NCBI GenBank assembly: GCA_032718475.1
Contig: JAUCBJ010001879.1
Coordinates: forward strand, 1 to 51,473
Reading direction: 5' to 3'
Length of the DNA stretch: 51,473 nucleotides
Origin: Nemertoderma westbladi
Taxonomy: Eukaryota; Animalia; Xenacoelomorpha
The notes under the pieces were generated by a model. That model saw nothing but the letters and a program-made list of their open reading frames with translations. It made no database searches and had not been told where the DNA came from. The stretch's first letter is position 1. The number at the start of each line of letters is the position of its first letter. This document shows, one piece after another, positions 26,601 to 38,194 of this stretch. Both the position numbers and the translations under genes were made by a program.

Positions 26601-29600
26601 GACGGCGAAAGCCAGACTTCTCAAGGAGAAGATAGCGGGAAAGACACTGACAGATCTTATTATGTCAATAAAATGCCTAAAGATCAGGTAAGTAAATTCA
26701 AGTCTCGAACTAATGACAGGAGAGAACAGGTAAGAAAAACTCCTCCTACGTCTCCCAAGAGAATTCAGGTGAGAAAGCCCGAAGAAAAAACAAGTGTGCA
26801 CAATGTTACGCAAAATAAGGTAAGTAACATCAAACCGAAATGTGCGCTATGTGATGGGACCCATCGCTTGAATACGTGTGATGAATTCCTAAAGAAATCA
26901 TTAACTGAGAGACGTGAAGTCATGTGGGATAAGCGGTTGTGTTATAATTGCCTCAGACAAGGACACCAACGGCGAACCTGTTACTCTGACACAAGATGTG
27001 CCAAGTGCGGTGCGAAACATCATATCTTGTTGCACACTGAATTCGAGCGAAATAGTCCGAGTCAGGTAAGTGATTCCGAATTACATGTCCAATTCAGTGA
27101 TGTGAACGACACTGATCAATCTGAGATGGAAGGATTCTATACGGACGAGTTCTCCGACGAAAACGAATCCTGTTACATGATAAATACCACAGTGTATCGA
27201 GCACTCACGTATGAAAAGGATACGGACAGCGACCTTACCCTAACTACTTCTGATCAACAACCATTTTGGAAAGCGCCAACTTCCAATGTAGGGATTAGAG
27301 AATTTCCTGTGGTACAGGTAAGGGTCCATGGACCAAAAAGGAGTTATGTAGTGAACGCCCTCCTTGACTCCGGTAGTACAGGAACATTCATCGACAAAGA
27401 GCTAGCCGAGGACATATTTGCTGGACAACCCAAGTTCTGAACTAAGTTAAACATGTCAGGAATTATGCAGGTTTGGAAATCTACAGTAACAGCGGATTAT
27501 TATGTAGGTGCGTTGTCCATGTCCACCCCCCAGGACGAACTAGGAGAACATAGCATAAGGTCAGTGAAAATGGTGGCTATAAAGAACTTCGCTACTACCC
27601 AAGCAGACCTTTTTAATTGGGACGAGGATGAGAGCATCCAACATCTTAAGATACCTCGATTCCAGACAGATTATCCTGGAGTGCAAATACTCCTCGGCCA
27701 AAACGCGCATGAGGCGCTCGAGACATTGGAGAAACGGCCTGCTCAACCGCAGCCACTACAAACCTATGCGGTAAGAACTAGAGTAGGTTGGTACTTTACT
27801 GGCCCTTCCCGTAGAACTCTCATGGAAAGATTACCGAAAGATCAGGTATATCAAGTGCGAGAATGGGAAGTTGAGAACAGTGAGTTCGACGATCCAACTG
27901 AGGGAACTCCATACTCCTCAGACAACGACGATATACATCAACTTTTCGAGGAAGAGAATGCCATCGATCTCTTTCAGGAAAGCGAGACTTGGCAAAATCA
28001 AGTGAACTTATGTCAACTCCTTCTCCCATCCGAGCGAGACGACTATAACGACGAGCTTAATGACGTCATTGAACGTTATAATGCCAAGACTCGGGATGAA
28101 CACGCCGTAAGATTCTTTACTCAAGAGGTTGTAGAGCCCAACTCCTACGATAAGGCCCTATCGGTGGAGGAAGAAAGAGCCAAGCAGATCCAAGCGACAA
28201 CTACTCGTTTTCTTAAAGATCAAGGTAGATATGAGATCGGTCTTCCTTTCCGAAAGCGAGAACCAAAGTTCATTAACAACAGACCTTTGGCGGAGAAAAG
28301 AATTGCTCAACTACATCGACGCCTTACGGCAAATTCTTCAGCTAAAGAAATGTATCAAACGCAGTTGAAGAAGTTTATTAGCAAGGGATATGCGGAGCTA
28401 GTACCGGAAGAAACACCTATAACTGAGAGAACGTATTATTTAACTCACCATTACGTTCCCAAACCCGGTAAACCCCATGAAGTACGAGTGGTGTTTGACG
28501 GTTCCGCCCTTTATATGGGCCAATCTCTTAATTCTGAATTGTTACCTGGACCCAACTTACTCCAATCCTTGTTGGGAATACTATTAAGATTAAGACAATA
28601 CCCCATTGCTTTCGCCTCAGATATAGAAGGCATGTTCTTACAAGTCAAAGCGCTGGATAGGGATCGAGATAGCCTACGATTTTTGTGGTGGCCTGAAGGA
28701 GACCTCAATAAGAAACCTGTGGAGTACTGGATGACCATCCAAGCCTTTGGGATAATCTCGAGCCCTTCAAACGCCTGTTCCGTGGTGCGCACCACTGCGG
28801 ATGACAACCGAGACGCCTTCTCTAAAGAGGTGATCGACAATATCAAACGAGACATCTACATGGACGATAATCTGAAGTCCCTTCCATCAGTCGAAGAAGC
28901 CATTGAGGTCGCTAAAGGAACGGTAGAATGCTTAAAGAAAGGTGGATTTCGATGAACTAAATTCACTAGCAACTCCCGTGAGTTTCTGGAGTCGATCCTG
29001 GTAGAAGATCGAGGAGCAAAAGACCTAGATCTAATAAAGGATGATCTCCCAGAAACTAAGACCCTTGGTTTGAAATGGGACACAGAAAGAGATATCCTGT
29101 TTTTCCAATTAAAACAGCGAGATAATCCAGTTCGGACTAAACGGATTTGTTTAAGTATCCTGAGCACTTATTTCGATCCATTGGGATTTATTAGCCCAGT
29201 TATATTAATTGCTCGGAGTTTAGTACAACAAATGTGGCTTGAAAACCACTCATGGGACGATCCACTTAAGGGAGAATTATTAAAGAAGTGGATGAAATGG
29301 GAAGAATCTCTACCAGCCATCAAAAACTTTATAATTTCCCGTTCATATTTTGGTCATGTTCTCCCTACGTATTCATATCAACTCCATGTGTTTGGAGACG
29401 CCAGCGATATGGGAATCGGTATAGTAGCCTACCTAAGGGTGGAAACTCTGGACGGAATCAAAGTCGCCTTGGTTACCTCTAAGGCATTGATAAACAACAA
29501 GTTGAAAGTTCCTCGAGCGGAGTTAAAAGCGGCTCTATACGCTACAGCCATCGGCCGGAATGTAACAGAACAGATCGACTATCCCCTGGAGAAAACTGTC

Positions 29601-31743
29601 TATTGGACCGACGCTTTACTCGTGTTGGAGTATATCACCAATGAAGTCTGTCAGTTCAGCGTCTTCGTTACCAACAGAGTAGCTATTATACTCAGCCGCA
29701 CGACGATGGATCAATGGAGACATTGCCCCGGAACGATTAATCCAGCGGACATCGCTTCCAGGGGAGCAACTCCACAAGAACTGGTAGATACTCCAGACTG
29801 GTTAGGTGGACCCGACTCCCTCTACAAAGAAGAAGAAGAATGGCCTCCTCATCTTACTACAGCAGAAATTAGACAGGCCAAGGGAGCGGAGAAAGTCAAA
29901 CCTAAAACTCAGGCGAGTAAATCGAAGTTATTCAAACCCACAGTAGATCTGTCTGTACTACATACTTCCGGAGACGACGCTTTGGATCAGAAACCCACAG
30001 CCACAAATAAACCCGTTGTGGAAATCCGTGATAAGGATTGGAAATCTGGCATACCAGACGTCTCGCAAGGACTCTCACCTCTTCTGCAGAGAGCGATGCA
30101 TCACTACAGTTCCTGGAATCGGCTTTGTAAGGCCGTTACATATTTAAAGAGATGTTTTCACCATCACTACTCTGGGATGAAAACAAAGGGTGATACCGCT
30201 CCAATCACATCAGTGCAGGTCCATGTTATTAAAGATCTTCCCAAACATAAGATACCCGACAGGTTTCTGAAGGAGAAGATCAGTTATCAGGAGCTTGAAG
30301 AAACCAACAAACAGATGCTGAGACTCTTACAATGCTATGAAGATTCCGATAAGTATTTCCTGTTGTTGAGAAATCCACAGATGCGCTTAAGGGATCGTTT
30401 CTCTAGCACAATGATAGATGGGTTGATACGTGTTGGAGGAAGGTTAACGAATGCCCCATTATCCTTTGATACTAAGTTCCCCATACTCATTAGAAATCTT
30501 GAAATACAAGTCAAGATGATTGTAGATGTTCACAGCAAACTTTATCATGCTGGTAGAGAACGAGTTCTTAGCGAAATTCGAACTCGCTATTATTTTTATA
30601 AACCCCGTAGAGCTCTGAACCAAGTTCTTAGGAACTGTATACCCTGTAGGAAAGCATTCAGTAGGCCTTTAACACAGAGAGAGGCAGAATTACCTAGGGA
30701 ACGAGTAAGCTTTTATGAACCACCCTTTACTAATACCGGTGTGGATTTATTTGGCCCTATTGAAGTATATCGTGCTAGGACTATAGTCAAGAGATGGTGT
30801 GTAATCTTTGTTTGTATGACTTGTAGAGCCATCCATCTCGATATGGTGAACGATTTATCTACCAACAGCTTTCTATTAAGCTTATGACGACAGATCGCTC
30901 GCTTTGGCACTAGTAACACGATGAGATCTGATAAGGGAACAAACTTCATTGGCGCCAACAATGAAATCAAAGCTTACGTCAAAGATTGGAACCAAAGACA
31001 GGTGGACGACCAACTACGAGTAACAGCGTCTAGTTGGACCTTCAACGCCGCCGACGCCCCTTGGTGGGGAGGAAGTTGGGAGAGATTAATAAGAAGTGTG
31101 AAGACGGCATTTCATTTTATAGTGCCTTGCCGCGCTTATCTCACCGACGAACTTTTGCGGACGTTAATGGAAGAAATCGCCGCCTATCTCAACGAGAGAC
31201 CGCTTATGCCAGTCTCATCGAGTCCCGATTCCCTGGAAGCGCTAACACCCACGCACTTCCTACTGAAGAAACCTGTAGCCATGCTCCCACGCTCGGAAAT
31301 CACAGACGGAGACGAATACTGCCGGCAAACTTGGCAACTTATGCAGTTGTTATCCCGTCGGTTCGCTGACCATTTCGAAAAACATTATCTGCCCACGCTA
31401 CAACTTCGAACTAAGTGGTTTGCGCAGCAAGAAAACGTCAGCGCTGGAGACATGGTCCTTATTGCGGATTCAGTCGGTTGCATTCAAGCGGTGGCAGACA
31501 GGTCGTATCATCGAGACTCACATCTCGGATGATGGTTTGGTGCGATCGGTAGAACTCGTCGTCATGCGACGTAACTTCAAGAAACCGGGAATTGTCTTCG
31601 AGACGCAGCAGCTCAATCGCCCAGTTGGTCGCTTATGTTTACTGGAAAGAGACAGAGAACTCTCCGGAAACTATGGGAGACAAGATACTCTTCCCACGAC
31701 CACCTCCCTAATCCAACAAACATCTAGGGACTCCCCAACTTAA
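23625..31743 (+). pseudogene. gag-pol: BEL/Pao gag-pol polyprotein (about 2700 codons) with four in-frame stops and one frameshift
   Basis: ORFs at 23625, 24885, 27453, 29070 and 30921 share one frame. Motifs: three Gag knuckles (CALCDGTHRLNTC, CYNCLRQGHQRRTC, CAKCGAKHHILLH), protease LLDSGS, RT RVVFDGS/DIEGMF/YMDD, RNase H LHVFGDAS/NPADIASRG, integrase HHCC plus DLFGP/SDKGTNF/GGSWERL. A frameshift near 31470 leads into WQTGRI...DGLVRSV. Confidence 0.95.
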
Positions 31744-32295
31744 CAACGGCTGGAGTGGGTGTGTGACCATATTATTTTATATTTGTATTTGTTTTATTTT
31801 TATATTTATGTATGTATTATTATGTAATTTTATTTTAATCGTTTTATTTAATTTTATTTAGTAACATGTTATATTAGCAAGCATTTAGTAGATTAGTGCA
31901 ATATATTCGCATTTATTACGTAATTACTTGTATTATATATTTAGTGCGACGGCGAGAAATAATTCTTTTTCTCCTTCCTTACTGTCCGTATTACATTATA
32001 AATACATGACTACAGTAAGATGAAATGTCCGTACTTATTAAAGTACAATAAAGCCACTACTATATTCAAGTATTATTGGTAGGCAGAGTATTAGGAATGC
32101 AAAGTTCAGATCCTCGTGTCTCGGCTAAACCAAGCTCTGGGTAGACCTTGGAAACGACTTGCCTCTTCACACTGACATTGCTTCGTGCGATATTGCTCTC
32201 ATACCGTATATTAAATAATACATATAGTAGCGTGATGTCCCTTTAACAGTAGCGTATAACGCAAAATAAATCTGTTAAACCCTTTGACCATCTGT

Positions 32296-32570
32296 AATTC
32301 TAGTCGATTAAGATATCGCGGCACCCACCGATATACTTGAAAGACAAAATTCTAGAATCAATGGTTAACGTCCCCAGACAAGTTCTGGAATAAACTGGTG
32401 CCCATCCTAAATATTAATTATTAATATTTCCAAAAATCTGTCAAATATCAGATCCTTTAAAATTCTAGTCGATTAAGATATCGTAGCACTTACCGATACT
32501 CTTAAAAGGACAAAATTCCTAGAATCAAGGATCCCAGCCCCCAGACACGTTCTGGAATAAAATTGTGTCT
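32296..32570. repeat. About 165-bp duplication downstream of pol
   Basis: aattctagtcgattaagatatcg...ctagaatcaa...ccccagaca..ttctggaataaa occurs at 32296 and 32461. Confidence 0.85.
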
Positions 32571-33383
32571 ACTTAACATTAAATAATAAAATTTAAGGGA
32601 ATAAATTTAAATTCAGATATTTCAATGAATTTAATAAATTGTCATTTTATACAATTTATAACATTCCCAAAATTCCATTAATTAATAGATCATGGGAGCG
32701 GAGATTCACTCTATTAAGTGTATTTGTGTGCGAGAATCTCCAATGTATAGTCAATAGCCGATAAAATTCATAGAATCATGTATAAAGGGGATATTGACTA
32801 TTAAAGAATTACTATTAAATAGCATCCCAGATCTGTATGCATGAGAATTACCCTAATTATATCGCTAGCTTTCCATAATGTCACCATGGCAACAACCAGG
32901 CTAGAATTAGAAGTGAGTTAAAAGAACAATAGAAGGCATGCCCCATTGAATAGCATAGGGAATAAATAGCGCACTGCTAGTATCCAAGGATACATAATAA
33001 ATACAGTGACATTCTGGAAGGTACTGACTAACGGACAAATGGCCCGAATGTGTGCAGTTTGTTGCAGTTGTGTTGAATTTGTGCGTTTGTAGGTGAATGT
33101 TACTACTAAGGTGTGTTTACAGTAGCGAGTCGCAATTGTGAAAGTAACCCTAACTCTCCAAGAAGAACCTGCAGTACATCTAAGCCTTTGGGACGGACAG
33201 TGAAGTGACTTGTGCCGGTTATCGTTGTCGTTGTGTAGCTACATCGTTGGCGAAAGCACAGCGACGACGGTACATCGGCGCTGAGGATCTTACACTGTCC
33301 GGGGGCAAAAGAGGGGTAGGCAGCGACGCCCGCTAGCCTAATATATATAAACTCATTATAATATTGATAAACTCATAGCAGAT

Positions 33384-33761
33384 ATGACTGAGTTGATAGA
33401 AGATGATCTTGGTATCAGGGAGCGATATACTCTACCTTTATAAGCGTTTGTCGATAGCTTGATACGCGGCGATGCTGGTCCAACTACTACGGAGGATGAT
33501 GGTCGTTATATCGAACCGCCAATGTCCCCGGAGCAACTTACGCGTGAATTGGACTATAGAAAGTTCACCGCTCGCTATACGCATCGTAATGGTACGTATA
33601 TGGACTTCTTAACTACCGGTCATCCTATCGATTTACACGACACGGATGATGTGGATACCGAAAGGGAAATGGTTTTATTTAAATATCATACCCAGCGGAG
33701 TCGGAACGATAAACCGAGAATGGAACACGAGAATTCTATTCGAAATCAACTCGAAGGATAG
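33384..33761 (+). pseudogene. Small accessory ORF (about 125 codons) with one premature stop, unknown function
   Basis: ATG at 33384 is in frame with the listed 33459-33761 ORF, separated by a single TAA. It is preceded by tatatataaa and a possible acceptor tagcag. Confidence 0.4.
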
Positions 33762-34522
33762 AACGTGGAAGAAGGCTTGTAAAGACAAATGGAGGAGAAC
33801 CACTGGAGAAGAGACATGTGTTAATGTCCAGGGTCCATAATGTGAATAGTTTCCCCCGGGGCACGGGTGCTCGCGGGCGGTCTCCTTCGGGAGGCTGTAA
33901 ATTTCTCTCCCTTCATCGTTTTCCTGTAATTATTGTGATCAGTGTCACAATTAAAAGACAAGAATGAATGATGACGTGACGGAAAACTTGTCCATTGTGG
34001 TATCTTATGGATACTACCCTATATCCTCTCTCCTCTTTACTCCCTTTATCCCTCTATATCTCACTATTGAAGATACAACATACTTCGTCCCACCTTCTCT
34101 TCCCAATGCGCTCGGAACTTTGGGAGACGATCGACCAATCCTAGTTGTATCGTGGTATGGATCATACCGCCTCCTAATAAATCTCCCCACCCTTTACTGT
34201 TTATTTGGATGCTCATATTGGTGTCCGCACCTCCTGTCCATGTACCATTCTGTTGATATTTATGATATCAACTTCCACCCTCTCGTTGTTGATTAGATAA
34301 TCAACCACCACTAAGGATTTCCTTAAAGTCCACGACCGTGATTCAAGGACTGAAAGGATACGCGGCTAATCTGTGAACAACTGGTACCATTGTGTGTCAT
34401 AAATCTGGTTGTCCACCTCCCTCAATGATTGGAGATATAAATCTTATAATCTTATGTAGAACAACTGAGGTAAACATATCCTTGAACTGGTGTTTCCCTC
34501 ATCGCACTGGGGATAAATTCAG

Positions 34523-36433
34523 TTGGAGATAGTCCTCGAATGTTACAATCCTCCTACTGAGATCGTATTTCTGAATATTTCAGAATGCGAAATAGTTTTT
34601 TCCTCTGCTCTACCATCACTGTCACTGTCGGAAAACATATTGGGCATACAACAGGAACATGGAGAACATTCCATATCCTTCGTTGATACTCAGCTGATTG
34701 CTCCTTGGGCAGAAGGCCGAGGTTTCTTCCGCACTATGTATGCCAATACACCCAGCGGAATTACTAAAGTACAACGAACCTCCATCGGACATCTTGCCTT
34801 TCAAGAATACGGATGGAATTTCAAGGTTGGAAATCCTATAAATTACCAACAAGTATACGGAGATCATTATTCTCGTTTATACTTTGATGGACCATTGACC
34901 GCACCTGGCGCCGTGTATAGCTTTATGAGTGTTCCATTCCGTCCCTCCTTAGCTATATACACGATCTTTGAAAACGCAGCACTTGCCGGTTGGCTAGCCG
35001 ATGTGTGCAGTCGTACCATACGCGCCCATCCCTTAATACTCGGAACCAAACTCGCCAAGTTAGATGAACACAATAAATTCATCCGCTTTGAATGTTTCAG
35101 GCGCTTTCTGACTCTGTTCCGTAACATTGATAGTCAGTTCAAGGACCGCGCTCTGACCAAACTCAGCCTGAGAGACTCAGCGGCGGAGAAGCTAAACAGC
35201 GCGGGATTTGCCCTTTTTCAGGACATTTGTATACAGAACTTACATTCATCTGTTATACAAAGACCCCGAATACCCACGGGTTATTCTGTCGTCGAAGTTC
35301 AGACAGTGGGTCCGCTTGCGGAGACAGCCGCACCTATCTCAGCTATGCAATTGGAAGACGAACCAATATGCTTAGAAGCTGAAGCGATTCAGCCTACAGA
35401 GCCCCGGAGCAGCGATAACGACTACGTCTTAGAGTGGTATCAAGGTCCACAATGTCTCAACGCATACGATTATCGGCACGCCAACTATGTTTCTCGAAAA
35501 CGTTGCAGATTATGCGCATCGAGAGATCATTTCACCCCTATGGACTCAGACGTACCCTGCTCCTATTTCCACGAACAACCGATGATGGAGATCTATTGTG
35601 CGTATTGCAGACTCAATAACTCGCACATTTTTGCTGTTTGCCCCCAATTTATGACTCAATGCCACCACTGTCAACTTAAAGGACATGCCAGTTTTAATTG
35701 CCCTTTTAACCGCGATTTGGAAAGCGTAGATGAAATGATTACCCTGCGCTACATCCGAGCTTGGGAAGCGAACGCGGATTTGCATTGTGAGTCACGCCAT
35801 CGCTATTACCCTGGACGCGCCTACGAGGGAGTTTACGCGTTCCATCCTTATCTATTCGCGTCTGTTGAACAAAAAACACGCACACCGAGTTACGAACTAA
35901 TGAAGCGTGTTGGTGAGTGTATTTCCACCAAATTTGTTCGAAAATATCTCAGGAACGTCAATCCTAACGATATTAATTCATACCATTTGATCAATTTCAT
36001 CCGTCAAGACCCTGAGTATGGCGATTTATTTATCAACTCGCACCCTGAGTTACAGGAAGTATCTCGACGGCCCTACGAATATCGAGCCAGAGAACGCGAG
36101 CTGGAAAGAACCATTAAACCGAGGAAGTTTCTCACCACTCACGGTCCACCTACCGCTATTGTCCAGACGAGTCGTCAGGGACCAGTAGGAGCTGCTGTCC
36201 TAAGACGCGCCCTAAAGGCCGTTAGACCTCACTCCACTGAAGTTGATATCGATCAACCAGGTACCTCGACCGGCGGATACACCGATCGTAATCCTAAACC
36301 TTCTGATGCAATTGTATTGCACCCTTCACCCAGGAGTTACAGCCCTCCTAGTAAAGTGGCTCGCCCCAAAGAGAAAAGGACTCTTGCTAGCCTCAAAAAA
36401 CTGCGTAAACACCGTCCGCGTAAGAAAGACTAA
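34523..36433 (+). CDS. Accessory zinc-knuckle protein of the BEL element (env position), unknown function
   Basis: 636 uninterrupted codons (first ATG at 34736) with CRLCASRDH, CAYCRLNNSHIFAVC, CHHCQLKGHASFNC and a basic tail KKLRKHRPRKKD. Ends 78 bp before the 3' LTR. Confidence 0.8.
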   Translation: MEIVLECYNPPTEIVFLNISECEIVFSSALPSLSLSENILGIQQEHGEHSISFVDTQLIAPWAEGRGFFRTMYANTPSGITKVQRTSIGHLAFQEYGWNFKVGNPINYQQVYGDHYSRLYFDGPLTAPGAVYSFMSVPFRPSLAIYTIFENAALAGWLADVCSRTIRAHPLILGTKLAKLDEHNKFIRFECFRRFLTLFRNIDSQFKDRALTKLSLRDSAAEKLNSAGFALFQDICIQNLHSSVIQRPRIPTGYSVVEVQTVGPLAETAAPISAMQLEDEPICLEAEAIQPTEPRSSDNDYVLEWYQGPQCLNAYDYRHANYVSRKRCRLCASRDHFTPMDSDVPCSYFHEQPMMEIYCAYCRLNNSHIFAVCPQFMTQCHHCQLKGHASFNCPFNRDLESVDEMITLRYIRAWEANADLHCESRHRYYPGRAYEGVYAFHPYLFASVEQKTRTPSYELMKRVGECISTKFVRKYLRNVNPNDINSYHLINFIRQDPEYGDLFINSHPELQEVSRRPYEYRARERELERTIKPRKFLTTHGPPTAIVQTSRQGPVGAAVLRRALKAVRPHSTEVDIDQPGTSTGGYTDRNPKPSDAIVLHPSPRSYSPPSKVARPKEKRTLASLKKLRKHRPRKKD

Positions 36434-36511
36434 CTGTTTAGAGTATTTTTATATTTTAGAAACTGTGATTTTTTATATTTTATAGAATTAAATCCCATTT
36501 TCTGGGAGCGG

Positions 36512-37672
36512 TGTAAAGGCTTTTGCGGAATTAGCTGGTTATTTTCCCCGCAAAGTACTCTGTAGTTGTTTTAACGGACATAAAAAGCCGTTTCCTTACT
36601 GTACCGGTGTTTTAGTGGACATAAAAAGCCATTTCTTCTGTATGTGTACTTTAGCGGACATAACTAGCGATTTTATGTCGCAATAAGCCAAATACTCTAA
36701 ACATCGGAACTCCGATGACGACATCTATCAGCTGTGTCCATGTGTAACTTTTTCTTTGTTCTTTGTTCGTTCTTTGTTCGGTCGACCAATCAGAGCGGTT
36801 TTCACTCTGTGTTGGAGATTGTATACAGAAACTTATGCAATTCAGTCAGTGTGTGCATCTTTCTAAGCCCAGAACACCGGCTTAGGATTCTTCTGTACTT
36901 CTGTGGAAGTTTCAGACTTTAGCCAAACATTAGTAGGCTTTGGTCATAGAAACGTATAACTGTTATCTAATCACAAATCAGTCCATATCAAACCAAAACA
37001 TATGGTCACCTACAAACACCGCATTTTCACTGCTATTTACTGTCGGTTATTAATTATATCAGTTGATGGAATATTATTATATTTGGATAATATCGATAAA
37101 TAATCATAAACCCCCCAATCTTCTTGATATACAGAAGGTAAGAGACCGGTTACATATAACAATTGCGACTTACATTAAAGTGGTTTTGGGGTGAATCTAA
37201 TGCTATTTCATAGGCACTACATGTGTCGGTTGTTGTTCTCTTTATATGTGACTAAAATTAGTGAAGGTCGGCAGATCGGTGTGCAGCATTGTGCGGTAGT
37301 GTGCATGATTGTGACAGATAACAAAGCATCTCCTAAAGAATGCGCTTTATACGTGAATCAATAGCCATCCCGTTGTGTCTAGTGTAAGTCATAACTCTGT
37401 TTACATATTTAGAGCGCCACGTCCTAAAGGAACTGTTAATATTTCCCGAAAGTGAATAATATTTGTCAGAAATTATATATTAACGATCAGTCGAATAATA
37501 CAGTAGGCCTACACCGCAATAAGGTCAAAGCTTCCGAATCCAGTGGTCGCGCATGGACTGGCTTCGGCTAATGTAGTGTATCAAATACTCGTCATAGGCT
37601 AAAGTCGATAAATAATCTAGAAGACATCTAAATTTGGCAGGTTAAACTGCTAAAGGTCTGAAAGCGCGAACA
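36512..37672 (+). repeat. 3' LTR
   Basis: tgtaaaggcttttgcg...aaagcgcgaaca; preceded by a purine tract. Confidence 0.9.
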
Positions 37673-38194
37673 GAAGGAGCCAGCCTGTTGTCCCATATCG
37701 ATAAACAGAAATCAGCGTTGTCAACTATGTTAATAAAAGGGATATTATTTTCCGCACAAACTATACAAAGCCAATTTTTTGATAATTTGAGTTGCAGGAA
37801 TTCGGAATGGGTTAAGAAAGGAAGACATCGATAATGAACAGGTTTTAAACTGGCGAAACATTACATAGTTGAAGTATTTGTAGGCCGTACAACCTTACAG
37901 CAAACATTGCATTTAGTTTGAACCATTGAAATATTTACTTCTAAATATGTAAATCTCTCAATAAATGATATAATATAAAAAAACTACTAAATAATTATAA
38001 ACTACAACTTAAAAATTAAGATTAATTTTAATCTACTAACGAAAAATCACTAAATTATAATATAATTAAATTTATTAGAATTTATTAAATTTATTAAATT
38101 ATAATTATAATATCACTTAATAATTTTTTGAGTATTGATTGGTGGGGACACCGGTGCATGTGCACACTGTGCACATTGGGTAATCCGGCACTGC

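Larger units (their letters stand above)
20271..37672 (+). mobile_element. BEL/Pao LTR retrotransposon, 17.4 kb, with accessory ORF region
   Basis: Two 1161-bp direct repeats running TGT...ACA, gag-PR-RT-RH-IN in BEL order, and a purine tract (gggagcgg) before the 3' LTR. No TSD or PBS identified. Confidence 0.95.

Noticed and set aside
24876-30887. Stop-codon reassignment or programmed readthrough in gag-pol
   Set aside because: The stops are mixed (one TAA, three TGA) and replace different expected residues (L in GGFRLTKF, R in LRR). A frameshift is also present, so ordinary decay explains them.
34523-36433. env gene
   Set aside because: No signal peptide, transmembrane anchor or glycoprotein-like pattern is evident; the cysteines form CCHC knuckles.
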